Shown here piece after piece: positions 1-10,417 of a stretch of 64,000 nucleotides of DNA. The notes below the pieces were generated by a model. The model saw only the letters and a program-made list of their open reading frames with translations, had not been told where the DNA came from and ran no database searches. Origin of the DNA: Alphaproteobacteria bacterium (GTDB lineage: Bacteria > Pseudomonadota > Alphaproteobacteria > SHVV01); the NCBI GenBank assembly GCA_965261735.1, contig OZ253470.1:2560001-2624000 (forward strand), given 5' to 3'. The translations under genes and the position numbers were made by a program. How positions within the stretch are numbered: the first letter of the stretch is position 1; every line of letters begins with the position of its first letter.

Positions 1-868
1 CGTCGGCCTCAATTTCATCGATTGCTACTTCCGCAGCGGGCTCTATGCGCCGCCCTCGTTCCCGAGCGGTGTGGGCGTGGAGGGTGCCGGGGTGGTCGAT
101 GCCGTCGGCCGCGGCGTCAAGAACGTCAAGCGAGGCGACCGCGTCGTGTACGCGCTTGGGCCCCTCGGCGCCTATTCCGAACAGCGCGTGCTGCCGGCGG
201 GTATCCTCGTCAAGCTGCCGGCTGGCGTCAGCTTCGAGCAGGGCGCAGCGGTGATGCTCAAGGGTATGACGGCGCAATATCTCATCCGCCGCACCTACCG
301 GGTGAAAAAGGGCGACACCATCTTGTGGCACGCGGCCGCCGGCGGGGTTGGCCTGATCGCCTGCCAATGGGCCAAGAGCCTCGGCGCCAGGGTCATCGGC
401 ACCGTCGGCGGCGCCGAGAAGGCGAAGCTCGCCAAGCGCCACGGTTGCAGCCACGTCATCGACTACAACAAAGGGGACTTCGTCAAGCGCGTGCGCGAGA
501 TCACCAAGGGCAAGGGCGTGCCGGTGGTCTATGATTCGGTCGGCAAGCAGACCTTCCTGAAGTCGCTCGACTGCCTCGCGCCGCTCGGCACGATGGTGCT
601 GTTCGGCCAGTCGTCGGGCCCGCCCGATGCGCTCAACGTCGGTACGCTGGCGGCCAAGGGCTCGTTGTTCCTGACCCGTCCGGGCCTCGCCAACTACACG
701 GCCACGCGCGACGACCTCGAGGCCTGTGCGCGCGATCTCTTCCGCGCCGTGCGATCGGGCGCGGTCAAGGTTGAGATCCGCCAGAGGCTGCCACTCAAGG
801 ACGCCGCCAAGGCCCACCGGGCGCTCGAATCGCGCAAGACCACGGGCTCAACGGTGCTGATTCCGTAG
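1..868 (+). CDS. qor: NADPH:quinone oxidoreductase (zeta-crystallin/MDR family), 5' truncated by window edge
   Basis: GxEGAG, HAAAGGVG nucleotide-binding motif, C-terminal ESRKTTGS; frame open to window start. Confidence 0.9.
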   Translation, partial: VGLNFIDCYFRSGLYAPPSFPSGVGVEGAGVVDAVGRGVKNVKRGDRVVYALGPLGAYSEQRVLPAGILVKLPAGVSFEQGAAVMLKGMTAQYLIRRTYRVKKGDTILWHAAAGGVGLIACQWAKSLGARVIGTVGGAEKAKLAKRHGCSHVIDYNKGDFVKRVREITKGKGVPVVYDSVGKQTFLKSLDCLAPLGTMVLFGQSSGPPDALNVGTLAAKGSLFLTRPGLANYTATRDDLEACARDLFRAVRSGAVKVEIRQRLPLKDAAKAHRALESRKTTGSTVLIP

Positions 869-904
869 CCGGCACGCTGGGCCGTCGCGTTGCGCCGAGC
901 TATC

Positions 905-1612
905 TCAACCGGCGAACTGCTTGGCGATGCGGGCTTGGTAGGCGTCGGCCGCGGCACGCGGGTTCGCGGCCGTGAGGATGGGGCGGCCGACGACGATATA
1001 GTCTGCGCCGGCTTCGAAGGCCTCCTCGACATCCACCGTGCGCTTCTGATCGTCGGCCGTGGGCTGCCCGGCGGGCCGAATGCCTGGAACCACGATCAGG
1101 AATTCCGAGCCGAGCTCGCGCCGCAGTCGCTGTGCCTCGAGGCCGGATGCAATTACCCCATCGCAGCCGGCCGCGTGCGCGTCGCGCGCGCGCGCGACGA
1201 CTACATCAGTCACGTCGCGCGCCGAGCCCCACCCGGCCAGGTCGCGCGCGTCGTGGCTGGTCAGGACGGTGACCGCGAGTATGCCGAGGCCGCCCTTGGC
1301 GGCCACCGCGGCTTCGAGCATCGCAGCCTCGCCGTGGACGGTGGCGAGGCTCGCGCCGCGGCCGTCGAGCCCGCGCACCGCCGCCGCCACCGTACGCGGG
1401 ACGTCGAAGAACTTGAAATCGGCGAAGACCTTCTTGCCGCGCTCGCGCAGCCACTCGATCAGCTCGAAGCAGCCGCCTGCCATCAGCAGCTCTAGCCCGA
1501 CCTTGTAGTAGCCGACGCTGCCATCGAGCTCCGTGACGAGTCGCTTGGCCGCCGCCGCCTCGGGGACATCGAGCGCGACGATCAAGCGCTCGTGCACGGC
1601 GATGGCGGACAT
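905..1612 (-). CDS. pyrF: orotidine-5'-phosphate decarboxylase
   Basis: LIVALD, KVG, DFKFFDVPRTV (DxKxxD), VPGIR, DQKR, IVVGRPI motifs. Confidence 0.95.
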   Translation of the reverse strand: MSAIAVHERLIVALDVPEAAAAKRLVTELDGSVGYYKVGLELLMAGGCFELIEWLRERGKKVFADFKFFDVPRTVAAAVRGLDGRGASLATVHGEAAMLEAAVAAKGGLGILAVTVLTSHDARDLAGWGSARDVTDVVVARARDAHAAGCDGVIASGLEAQRLRRELGSEFLIVVPGIRPAGQPTADDQKRTVDVEEAFEAGADYIVVGRPILTAANPRAAADAYQARIAKQFAG

Positions 1613-1745
1613 CGGCGACTGCTTACTCCAACGCCGCCGCGTTTTCCACCAAATCTCTTCTTGGGATTGCGGTCATCGTGGCAAGCATGTGCCTATTGCC
1701 GCAAATAGATGGCGCCCTTAGTAAGACGCCAGAAGTACTCGATCG

Positions 1746-3002
1746 TCAGGTATTCATCGACTTGAAGAACTCGGCGTTGTCCTTGGACTGCTTGAGCTTG
1801 TCGAGCAGGAACTCCATCGCGTCGCCCACGCCCATGGGCATGAGGATGCGCCGCAGCACCCACATCTTGGACAGCGTGCCCTTGTCGACGAGCAGCTCCT
1901 CCTTGCGCGTGCCCGACTTGGTGATATCGATGGCCGGCCAGGTGCGCTTGTCGGACAGCTTTCGGTCGAGGATGATCTCCGAGTTGCCGGTCCCCTTGAA
2001 CTCCTCGAAGATGACCTCGTCCATGCGGCTGCCGGTATCGATCAGCGCCGTCGAGATGATCGTCAGCGAGCCCCCCTCCTCGATGTTGCGGGCGGCGCCG
2101 AAGAAGCGCTTGGGCCGCTGCAACGCGTTGGCGTCGACGCCGCCCGTGAGCACCTTGCCCGAGGACGGCACGACGGTGTTGTAGGCGCGCCCTAGCCGGG
2201 TGATCGAATCGAGGAGGATGACGACGTCGCGCTTGTGTTCGACGAGCCGCTTCGCCTTCTCGATCACCATCTCGGCGACCTGCACGTGGCGCGCCGCCGG
2301 CTCGTCGAAGGTCGAGCTGATGACCTCGCCCTTGACCGAGCGCTGCATGTCGGTCACCTCCTCCGGCCGTTCGTCGATGAGGAGGACGATGAGGTAGCAC
2401 TCGGGGTGATTCTCGGCGACGGAGTGGGCGATGTTCTGCAGCAGCATCGTCTTGCCGGTGCGCGGCGGCGCCACGATCAGGGCGCGCTGGCCCTTGCCGA
2501 GGGGCGCGATCAGGTCGATGACGCGGGCGCTGCGGTCTTTCAGGGTCGGGTCTGCGGTTTCGAGGCTGAGCTTATCCTCGGGATAGAGCGGCGTCAGGTT
2601 ATCGAAGTTGATCTTGTGGCGCGTCTTCTCGGGCTCGTCGAAATCGATGCTCGCGATCTTGAGGAGGGCGAAGTAGCGCTCGCCGTCCTTGGGCGCCCGG
2701 ATCAGGCCGTCGACCGTGTCGCCGGTGCGCAGGCTGAAACGGCGGATCTGACTCGGGCTGACGTAGATGTCGTCGGGGCCAGGTAGGTAGTTGGCCTCAG
2801 GCGAGCGCAGAAAGCCGAACCCGTCCTGCAGGATTTCGAGCACACCACCGCCGGAAATCTCGACGTCGCGGTCGGCCAGCAGCTTGAGGATGGCGAACAT
2901 CATGTCCTGCTTGCGCAGGGTGCTGGCGTTCTCGACCTCGAGCTCCTCGGCGTAGTCGAGCAGTTCGGTCGGCGACTTGCGCTTGAGTTCCAGTAGATTC
3001 AT
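1746..3002 (-). CDS. rho: transcription termination factor Rho
   Basis: 418 aa; GFGFLR, PPRTGKT Walker [19 protein letters not shown]. Confidence 0.98.
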   Translation of the reverse strand: MNLLELKRKSPTELLDYAEELEVENASTLRKQDMMFAILKLLADRDVEISGGGVLEILQDGFGFLRSPEANYLPGPDDIYVSPSQIRRFSLRTGDTVDGLIRAPKDGERYFALLKIASIDFDEPEKTRHKINFDNLTPLYPEDKLSLETADPTLKDRSARVIDLIAPLGKGQRALIVAPPRTGKTMLLQNIAHSVAENHPECYLIVLLIDERPEEVTDMQRSVKGEVISSTFDEPAARHVQVAEMVIEKAKRLVEHKRDVVILLDSITRLGRAYNTVVPSSGKVLTGGVDANALQRPKRFFGAARNIEEGGSLTIISTALIDTGSRMDEVIFEEFKGTGNSEIILDRKLSDKRTWPAIDITKSGTRKEELLVDKGTLSKMWVLRRILMPMGVGDAMEFLLDKLKQSKDNAEFFKSMNT

Positions 3003-3258
3003 ACGCGGGCTTCCTTAACCGAGATCGGGGCGAGACGGGGACGAGGTGGCGCGCGTGACCACGCTCTCGTGGACGGCTTGGCCAAGACTCGCGGAATTGT
3101 CGGGGGAGGCGACAAACCAAGATGCGGTCCCGAGCGGGCCGCCTGGATGTAGCCAAGCATCCTCTATTGGCGTCGATAAGTCAAACCAAGAGTTCGCGCC
3201 CGTTTCGATTGCTAAGGGGCGACAACCACCTGGTCCTGCCTAAGATTCCGGTGAAGGT

Positions 3259-3714
3259 TTAGAAAGGTTTTACGACCACGAGCACAACAATGAAGACGAG
3301 CAACACCGTCGGCACTTCATTGGCGATGCGGTAGAACCTTTCGCTGCGGCGATTGGTTCCGGCGGCGAAGTCACCGCGCCAGCGCGAGAACGACCCGTGC
3401 AGCGCCCCGAGCGCTAGCACGCACGCGAGTTTCACCCATATCCACACCTGCCCCCAGTCAATCAATCCCGGCGTCGCAAGCAGCAGACTGCCGAAGACGA
3501 AAGCCGCCGTCATAGCCGGATTGATGATGACGCGGAGCAGCCGGCGCTCCATCACTTCAAGCATCTGCGCGCTCGCCGACCCGGGCTCCGCGCGGCAGTG
3601 GTAGACGTAGAGGCGCGGCAGATACAGCATGCCCGCCATCCAAGCGATGACGCCGATGATGTGCAGCGCCTTGATCCACAGATACCAGGCTTCAAGCATC
3701 GCCGGCCCTTCCAA
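3259..3714 (-). CDS. hemJ: protoporphyrinogen oxidase HemJ
   Basis: KALHII...WMAGMLYLPRLYVYH, NEVPT, VVVKPF; follows hemH. True start may be 3699. Confidence 0.93.
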   Translation of the reverse strand: MEGPAMLEAWYLWIKALHIIGVIAWMAGMLYLPRLYVYHCRAEPGSASAQMLEVMERRLLRVIINPAMTAAFVFGSLLLATPGLIDWGQVWIWVKLACVLALGALHGSFSRWRGDFAAGTNRRSERFYRIANEVPTVLLVFIVVLVVVKPF

Positions 3715-3729
3715 GTTCGCGCATGCCCG

Positions 3730-4770
3730 TCATGCCATGGCGCAGCGCGCAAAATGCGCCGGGCATAGGCGCGCGCCGGTCGCCGAAGCGAGCGCGGGCT
3801 TTCCGCGCTCGCGCGCGTTCTCGACGAGCTCGGCGAGGCACGAGATGAACAGTGGGTGGGTGGCCGCCGCGGGCACACGGACGTACGCAGGCACGCCCGC
3901 CGCCTCGGCGCGGCGCCGATAGGTGATGTCAAGCTCGACCAAGGTCTCGGAGTGCTCGGACACGAAGGCGATAGGCACGACCACGACGGGGACGCCGTCG
4001 GCGCCGGCGCGGTCGATCTCATCGTCGATCGCGGGCCCGATCCATTCCATGGGGCCGACCCTGCTCTGATAGCACACGACCCAGTCGCCGATGGCGTCGC
4101 CGCGGGCTGCCGCCGCTTTGACGACCGCCGCGGCCGTCTGCTCGATCTGCCACTGGAAGGGATCGCCGCGGGCGACCGTGCGCTTGGGCAGGCCGTGGGC
4201 CGAGAACAGGAAGCGGGGTCGGCCGGCAACCGCGGCCTCACCGAGCGCGGGCCCTAGCAGGGTCGCCTGGCAGGCAATCCACGACTCTTCGTAGGGATAA
4301 CAGCACACCGCCCGGGTCGGCGCGCGCACGCCGGCGGCACCCGCTGCACGCTGCCATGCCGTCAGCGAGGACGCGGTCGTCGCCGTCGAGAACTGGGGGT
4401 AGAGGGGCAACAGGATGACTTCATCGGGGGCAAAGGCCGCGACCTCGCGGGCGACCGCCTCGCTCATCGGGTGCCAGTAGCGCATGGCGGTGAACACCCG
4501 GACCCGCGACGGACCGCCGAGCGCCACCTCGAGGGCGCGCGCCTGGGCCTGGGTTTGTTCGAGCAGCGGCGAGCGGCCGCCGATTTCGGCGTAGATGGCC
4601 GCCGCAACCGGGCCGCGCCGGCGCGATATCTGCGCCGCCAGCGGCCGGCGCAACAGACTCGGCAGGCCGATGATCGCGGGGTCGTTGAAGAGATTGAACA
4701 GAAACGGGCGTACCGCCGCCGGATTGTCCGGACCGCCGAGGTTGAAGAGAACGACGGCAGTCCCGCTCAC
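3730..4770 (-). CDS. hemH: ferrochelatase
   Basis: LFNLGGP, LPLYPQFS, FSAHGLP, FVSEHSETLVELD. Confidence 0.96.
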   Translation of the reverse strand: MSGTAVVLFNLGGPDNPAAVRPFLFNLFNDPAIIGLPSLLRRPLAAQISRRRGPVAAAIYAEIGGRSPLLEQTQAQARALEVALGGPSRVRVFTAMRYWHPMSEAVAREVAAFAPDEVILLPLYPQFSTATTASSLTAWQRAAGAAGVRAPTRAVCCYPYEESWIACQATLLGPALGEAAVAGRPRFLFSAHGLPKRTVARGDPFQWQIEQTAAAVVKAAAARGDAIGDWVVCYQSRVGPMEWIGPAIDDEIDRAGADGVPVVVVPIAFVSEHSETLVELDITYRRRAEAAGVPAYVRVPAAATHPLFISCLAELVENARERGKPALASATGARLCPAHFARCAMA

Positions 4771-5843
4771 GGGTGCTGCGCGGGCGCTCCGCCATGCCAG
4801 CCACGAACCATTGCTACGAGCTCGGCGACGTGCTCGGGCGGCGTGCCGGGCAAGATCCCGTGGCCGAGGTTGAAAATGAAGCGCCCACCGGCCAACGATT
4901 CGAGGATGTACGCGGCCTCACCTTGCATGGCGACGCCGCCCGCCAACAGGGCCACCGGGTCGAGGTTGCCCTGTACCGTGCAATACGGCTGCAGGTTGTG
5001 TGCCGCCCAGGGCGGCGAAACCGTGGTGTCAATGCCGATGCCGTCGACCCCGCTTTCCTCGACCAGCATGGCCAGCAGGGTCGCCGCACCGCGCGGGAAG
5101 GCGATCAGCGGGACATTTGGGTGGACGCTGCGAAAGCGGCGCGCGATGGTCGCAACGGGCTCGAGACACCAGCGCCGAAACGACCGTTCGGGTAGCATCC
5201 CCGCCCAGGTATCAAAGAGCTGCACGACATCGGCACCGGCATCGGCCTGCGCCACGAGATGGCGCACGGTTGCATCGACCAGCAAGTCGATCAGCGCCGC
5301 GAAGCCCTCCTCGTCGGCATAGGCCCAGCGCTTCGCGGACAACGCGTCCGCACCGCCGCGGCCCTCCACCATGTACGTCGCCACCGTCCATGGTGCACCG
5401 GCAAAGCCGATAAGCGCCGCCGACTCATCGAGCTCCGCCGCGAGCCGGCGCACGGTTTCGTATACCGGCGCTAGGTGGTCCTCGAGACGGGCCGCATCAA
5501 GCTGCGCCACGTCATCGCGCGAACGAATCGGCTCGAGCCGCGGGCCTTCGCCCTCGACAAAGCGCACCGGCTGTCCCAGTGCATCCGGCACCAGCAGGAT
5601 ATCAGCGAACAGAATGACCGCATCCAGATCGAAGCGGCGCAGCGGTTGCAGCGACACCTCCACCGCCAGGTCCGGCGTGTAGCACATATCGAGAAAGTCC
5701 CGAGCCCGGCCACGCAGCTCACGATATTCGGGCAGATATCTTCCGGCCTGGCGCATGAACCACACGGGCGGGCGATCGAGAACCTCGCCGCGCAGCGCCC
5801 TTACCAGGGGCAGCCCGCTCTGGTGGGATGGCCGTGGATTCAC
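4767..5843 (-). CDS. hemE: uroporphyrinogen decarboxylase
   Basis: PVWFMRQAGRYLPEY, GFAGAPWT, FNLGHGI. Confidence 0.96.
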   Translation of the reverse strand: MNPRPSHQSGLPLVRALRGEVLDRPPVWFMRQAGRYLPEYRELRGRARDFLDMCYTPDLAVEVSLQPLRRFDLDAVILFADILLVPDALGQPVRFVEGEGPRLEPIRSRDDVAQLDAARLEDHLAPVYETVRRLAAELDESAALIGFAGAPWTVATYMVEGRGGADALSAKRWAYADEEGFAALIDLLVDATVRHLVAQADAGADVVQLFDTWAGMLPERSFRRWCLEPVATIARRFRSVHPNVPLIAFPRGAATLLAMLVEESGVDGIGIDTTVSPPWAAHNLQPYCTVQGNLDPVALLAGGVAMQGEAAYILESLAGGRFIFNLGHGILPGTPPEHVAELVAMVRGWHGGAPAQHP

Positions 5844-6230
5844 TCGGGGGCTCAGGGGTTGACGCTGGGAAAGGCAACCATACTTTCACACCTAAACATA
5901 CTTTACTGTTTGTTGTAGTTGATAGTGAATGCCTGTGGACGTCGGGGATTACATTGTTTCCGCGAAGGATTAACAAGTCGCTGTGCGCAGGAGTGCGACG
6001 TTGGATGATCCGGTGTGCAAGCACGCCGATCGCGCAGGGTTCGGTGCCTCAAGCTCGCCAAGGAAAGCGTTGATTAGGTGCTGCGCGAGTGCTCTTGGGG
6101 CATTTATACCGGCCTGGGGACAGGCCGGCGCATCGTTTAACATCTGGAGGGCGGTTTTGCGCATCACCGGGACAATTGCGGGTGCCGACCGCCGCATCCT
6201 TACCTTATCCACATGTGTGCACGTGCTGAG
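5844..6230. other. probable chromosomal replication origin oriC
   Basis: hemE/ppsR(DUF299) intergenic position typical of alphaproteobacterial oriC; AT-rich tract ~5880-5930; perfect DnaA box TTATCCACA at 6205-6213. Confidence 0.8.
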
Positions 6231-6233
6231 GTC

Positions 6234-7046
6234 GTGACCCAGTTTAACCTCCATCTCGTCTCGGATTCGACGGGGGAGACCCTCAACGCGGTCGCCCGCG
6301 CCGCCATCACTCAGTTCGATGATGCGGAGCCGGTGGAGCACATGTGGTCGCTGGTAAGGACCCGCAAGCAGGTCGAGAAGGTGGTAGAGGCGATCGATGC
6401 GCAGCCCGGAATCGTCATGTTCACCATGGTCCGGCGCGATGTGCGTGACGTGCTCGAAGCCGGTTGTCGGCGTCTCGGCGTGCCCTGTATCGCCGTTCTC
6501 GATCCCGTGTTGACCACCATCGGCGGCTACCTCGGTGCCGAGAGCCTCGGTCGGCCCGGCCTGCAGCATTCCATGGATGCCGAGTATTTCGGGCGCATTA
6601 GCGCCATGGACTATTGCCTGGCGCACGACGATGGCCAGTCGCAGGTGAGCCTCAGGGATGCCGACGTGGTTCTCGTCGGTGTCTCGCGGACGTCGAAGAC
6701 GCCGACCTGCTTCTATCTCGCCAACCGCGGCGTGCGCGCGGCCAACGTACCCTTCGTTGCCGGGCATTCGCTGCCATTGGAGCTGGTCGGGCCCGGGGGG
6801 CCACTCGTCGTCGCGCTGACGGCGAGCCCCGAGCGACTCGTGCAGATTCGCCGCAACCGACTGTTGCAGCTCAGCCAAGCCGGCGATTCGAGTTACGCCG
6901 ATATCGAGGCGGTGAGGGCCGAGGTTGCCGAGGCACGCCGGCTCTTTGCGGCGCAGGGTTGGCTCGTGATCGACGTGACACGTCGTTCGATCGAGGAAAC
7001 CGCGGCGCGCATCCTGACCTACTGCGGACAGTGTGCCAGGACATGA
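6234..7046 (+). CDS. ppsR: pyruvate, water dikinase regulatory protein (kinase/pyrophosphorylase, DUF299)
   Basis: HLVSDSTGET, HDDG, GVSRTSKTP, RSIEETA; GTG start 6234 preferred over 6213. Confidence 0.93.
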   Translation: MTQFNLHLVSDSTGETLNAVARAAITQFDDAEPVEHMWSLVRTRKQVEKVVEAIDAQPGIVMFTMVRRDVRDVLEAGCRRLGVPCIAVLDPVLTTIGGYLGAESLGRPGLQHSMDAEYFGRISAMDYCLAHDDGQSQVSLRDADVVLVGVSRTSKTPTCFYLANRGVRAANVPFVAGHSLPLELVGPGGPLVVALTASPERLVQIRRNRLLQLSQAGDSSYADIEAVRAEVAEARRLFAAQGWLVIDVTRRSIEETAARILTYCGQCART

Positions 7047-7642
7047 GCGTGCCCGTCGTGTTGGCATCGGCGAGCCGTGCGCGCCAGGCGCTGTTGGCGC
7101 GCGCAGGGCTGGCGTTCGAGGCGGTCGCGGCGGCGATCGACGAGGCGGCGGCCATGGAGCGCGCGCGGGCCGAAGTACTCGATGCCGCCGCGCTCGCCGC
7201 GGGCCTCGCGGAATCCAAGGCGCGGGCGGTTGAGGCGGGGTGTGCGGGCAGCCTCGTGATCGGCGCCGATCAGGTGCTCGACGTCGATGGTGAATGGCTC
7301 GGCAAGCCGGCCGACAGGGCCGAGGCGCGGGCGCAGCTCGCGCTGCTGCGGGGCCGCGCTCACGACCTCCACACCGCCGTATGCCTGGTCCGCGATGCGG
7401 CCGTGACGTGGCGCCACCTCGATACCTCGCGGCTCACGATGAGGACCCTGAGCGACGCCTCGATCGAGCGTTACCTCGATGGCGCGCTCCCCGCGGCGCT
7501 GGGCTCGGTCGGCGCGTATCAGCTTGAAGGCCCCGGCGCCCAGCTCTTCAGCTTCGTCGAGGGGGACTTCTTTGCCATCCTCGGGCTGCCGCTCCTGCCT
7601 CTCCTCGAGGCGCTGCGCCAACAGGGAGCGGCGCCGCCATGA
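7043..7642 (+). CDS. maf: Maf-family nucleoside triphosphate pyrophosphatase
   Basis: VVLASASRAR, IGADQVL, GKP, GDFFAILGLPL; ATGA overlap with ppsR. Confidence 0.93.
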   Translation: MSVPVVLASASRARQALLARAGLAFEAVAAAIDEAAAMERARAEVLDAAALAAGLAESKARAVEAGCAGSLVIGADQVLDVDGEWLGKPADRAEARAQLALLRGRAHDLHTAVCLVRDAAVTWRHLDTSRLTMRTLSDASIERYLDGALPAALGSVGAYQLEGPGAQLFSFVEGDFFAILGLPLLPLLEALRQQGAAPP

Positions 7643-8493
7643 TCATCTCCGGAAAGGCGCGGCTCGCGTGCGTCATTGGCTGGCCCGTGGCGCACTCACG
7701 CTCGCCGCGGCTACACGGGTACTGGCTCGATCACTATGGCATCGATGCCGCCTACGTACCGCTTGCGGTCGCCCCGGCCGAGTTCAAGCGGGCTTTTCGC
7801 GCACTTGTCCGCCTCGGATTTCGCGGCGGCAACATCACCTTGCCGCACAAGAGGGTGGCTCTCGGCCTGGTCGACGAAGTGGACGCCGCGGCGAGCCGGA
7901 TTGGGGCCGTCAACACGTTCACGGTGCGCGAGGACGGGAGTGTCCTCGGCGCCAACACCGACGGCTTCGGCTTCATGGCGAACCTTACCGAGGGCGCGCC
8001 GGCGTGGCGTGCCGCGACCGGGCATGCGGTCGTGCTCGGCGCCGGCGGCGCCGCCCGAGCGATCGCGGTGGCGCTCGTTGGCGCTGGTGTGCCGGAGATC
8101 CGAATCATCAATCGGACACGCTCGCGAGCTCGCGCCCTGGCGCGCCAGTTCGGCGGCGTCGCCCGCGTTTTTGCGTGGGAGCGGCGCGGCCAGGCGCTCG
8201 AAGGCGCGGCGCTGCTGGTCAACACCACGGCCCTCGGCATGACCGGCCAAGGACCCCTCGCGATCGACCTCGCGGCCTTGCCGCGGGACGCCGTAGTTGC
8301 CGACATCGTCTACGACCCGCTCCAAACCGAACTGCTGGTCGCCGCCGCGGCGCGCGGCAATCCGGCGGTCGACGGGCTCGGCATGCTGCTCCACCAGGCG
8401 CGGCCCGGTTTCGCCTCCTGGTTCGGAGTCGAGCCGGAAGTAACCCCGGCGCTCCGTGCCTTTGTGCTCGCTGCCCTGGCGGGGTCCGTCTGA
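7639..8493 (+). CDS. aroE: shikimate dehydrogenase
   Basis: GWPVAHSRSP, NITLPHK, NTDGFGF, GAGGAARA, GLGMLLHQA. Confidence 0.96.
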   Translation: MIISGKARLACVIGWPVAHSRSPRLHGYWLDHYGIDAAYVPLAVAPAEFKRAFRALVRLGFRGGNITLPHKRVALGLVDEVDAAASRIGAVNTFTVREDGSVLGANTDGFGFMANLTEGAPAWRAATGHAVVLGAGGAARAIAVALVGAGVPEIRIINRTRSRARALARQFGGVARVFAWERRGQALEGAALLVNTTALGMTGQGPLAIDLAALPRDAVVADIVYDPLQTELLVAAAARGNPAVDGLGMLLHQARPGFASWFGVEPEVTPALRAFVLAALAGSV

Positions 8494-8496
8494 GCG

Positions 8497-9207
8497 GTGG
8501 TCAAGTTGGGGCTCACCGGCTCGATCGGCATGGGCAAGACCCAGGCGGCGCGCGCCTTCGCCCATCTTGGTGCCGCCGTGTTCGACGCCGACGCGACCGT
8601 CCATGAGGTGCTTGCGCCGGGCGGAAGCGCCGCGGAGCGGGTAGCGGCCGCGTTCCCCCAGGCGGTGTCGGAAGGCGTGGTCGATCGCGAGGCGCTCGGG
8701 CGAATCGTGTTCGCCGATGCGGCGGCGCTCGAGCGGCTCGAGGCGATTGTCCACCCCGTGGTGCGGCGCGCCGAGCGCGCCTTCCTCGCCGCCGCGCGCC
8801 GCCGCCGGGTCGCCCTTGCCGTGCTCGACATTCCTCTGTTGTTCGAAACCGGCGCCGCTTCCCGCGTCGATGCGACAGCGGTCGTCAGCGCCCCGCCGGT
8901 CGTCCAGCGCACTCGGGTCCTGGGCCGGCGCGGGATGAGCGCGGCGCGGCTCGCCGCCATCCTCGAGCGCCAGATGCCGGATCGTGAGAAGTGCCGGCGT
9001 GCCGATTTCGTCATCCTGACCGGCCTCGGGCGCGGCTTCAGCTTGCGGCGGATTCGCGACATCGTCACAATGCTGACGAAGCCACCCGGCGCGCACCAGC
9101 AGCGGAGTGGAGCAACATGCGCGAAGTTGTTCTCGATACCGAAACGACCGGCCTCGATCCCGCGTCCGGCCACCGGGTGGTCGAGATCAGCTGCGTCGAG
9201 CTCGTGA
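8497..9207 (+). CDS. coaE: dephospho-CoA kinase
   Basis: GLTGSIGMGKT, IVHP, DIPLLFE; tail overlaps dnaQ by ~90 nt. Confidence 0.92.
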   Translation: MVKLGLTGSIGMGKTQAARAFAHLGAAVFDADATVHEVLAPGGSAAERVAAAFPQAVSEGVVDREALGRIVFADAAALERLEAIVHPVVRRAERAFLAAARRRRVALAVLDIPLLFETGAASRVDATAVVSAPPVVQRTRVLGRRGMSAARLAAILERQMPDREKCRRADFVILTGLGRGFSLRRIRDIVTMLTKPPGAHQQRSGATCAKLFSIPKRPASIPRPATGWSRSAASSS

Positions 9208-9785
9208 ACCACGTGCCGACGGGCACGGTGTATCAGGCCTACGTCAATCCCGAGCGCGAGATGCCTGATGGAGCGCTCGCCGTGCACGGCCTCAGCAACG
9301 CCTTCCTAGCCCAGCAGCCGCGCTTCGCCGAGGTCGCCGAGGCCTTCCTCGCGTTCGTCGACGATGCGATTCTCGTGGCCCACAACGCCGAGTTCGATCT
9401 CGGGTTCATCAACGAGGAGCTCAGGCGCATCGGGTTGCCGCGGCTGTCGCACGTTCAGGTGGTGGATACGGTGGCCCTGGCGCGGCGAAAATATCCCGGC
9501 ATGCAGGCGAGTCTCGATGCCCTGTGTCGGCGCTTCGGCATCGACAATTCAGCGCGCGAGAAGCACGGCGCGCTGCTCGATGCGGACCTGTTGGCGCAGG
9601 TCTATCTGTATCTCGTGGGCGGCCGCCAGCCGGCGCTCGGCCTGTCGTTCGAGGCCGCGCCGGTACCCGGGTCCGCGGTGCCGATTATTGCCCGGCCGCC
9701 CCGGCCTCACGCGCCGAGCCCGGCCGAGCTAGCGGCTCACGCCGCGTTCGTCGCCACGCTTCCCAATCCGATCTGGCTTCAGTGA
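9117..9785 (+). CDS. dnaQ: DNA polymerase III epsilon subunit
   Basis: MREVVLDTETTG, AHNAEFD, HGALLDA (DEDDh motifs). Confidence 0.96.
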   Translation: MREVVLDTETTGLDPASGHRVVEISCVELVNHVPTGTVYQAYVNPEREMPDGALAVHGLSNAFLAQQPRFAEVAEAFLAFVDDAILVAHNAEFDLGFINEELRRIGLPRLSHVQVVDTVALARRKYPGMQASLDALCRRFGIDNSAREKHGALLDADLLAQVYLYLVGGRQPALGLSFEAAPVPGSAVPIIARPPRPHAPSPAELAAHAAFVATLPNPIWLQ

Positions 9786-9821
9786 TCCGTGGGAGGGCTG
9801 AGCTCAGCCCTCGATCCCGCT

Positions 9822-10307
9822 TCAGCCGTCTTTCGCGGCCTCGGCCTGCTGCGTAAGTTGTTGGCGGTAAAGGGCGGCGAAGTCGATCGGGTCCAGCAGG
9901 AGAGGCGGAAAGCCGCCGTCGCGGGTCGCATCGCCGACGATGCGCCGGGCGAACGGGAAGAGCAGCCTGGGACACTCGATGAGGCAGACCGCGTGGCGGC
10001 TGTCCTCTGGAATGTTGGCCAACGCGAATACGCCGCCGTAGACGAGCTCGAGCACGAAGGCGGTCGCCTCGCCGTGCCTCGCCGACGCGGCGATCTTGAT
10101 ATGGACCTCAAAGTCGGTCTCCGCGAGCAGCCGCGCGCCGACCTCGACGCGCACGTCGATCTTGGGCTGTTCCTGCGTGGTCGCCAGGCTGAGCGGGGCG
10201 TTGGGGTTCTCGAAGGAGAGATCCTTGACGTATTGGCCGCGGATCGAGAGCGTTGCCTGCGTCGCTCCCGGTAGTGCTTCTGATTGGCCGTTGCCGTTGT
10301 TGGACAT
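9822..10307 (-). CDS. secB: protein-export chaperone SecB
   Basis: QYVKDLSFENP, CPRLLFPFAR, GGFPPLLLDPIDF. Confidence 0.96.
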   Translation of the reverse strand: MSNNGNGQSEALPGATQATLSIRGQYVKDLSFENPNAPLSLATTQEQPKIDVRVEVGARLLAETDFEVHIKIAASARHGEATAFVLELVYGGVFALANIPEDSRHAVCLIECPRLLFPFARRIVGDATRDGGFPPLLLDPIDFAALYRQQLTQQAEAAKDG

Positions 10308-10417
10308 GGGCAGCCTCGGCTTGAGGGGCGGTTTCGGCGGACGCGCATCCCATCGTGGCTATCACGGAAGGCGGCGCCGGCACAACCGTGCGGCCGCGCA
10401 GGCTGCGCCAGGCGGGA

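Noticed and set aside
9117-9207. coaE-dnaQ fusion or programmed frameshift
   Set aside because: The genes are in different frames, dnaQ has its own ATG with a GGAG RBS, and no slippery site was seen.
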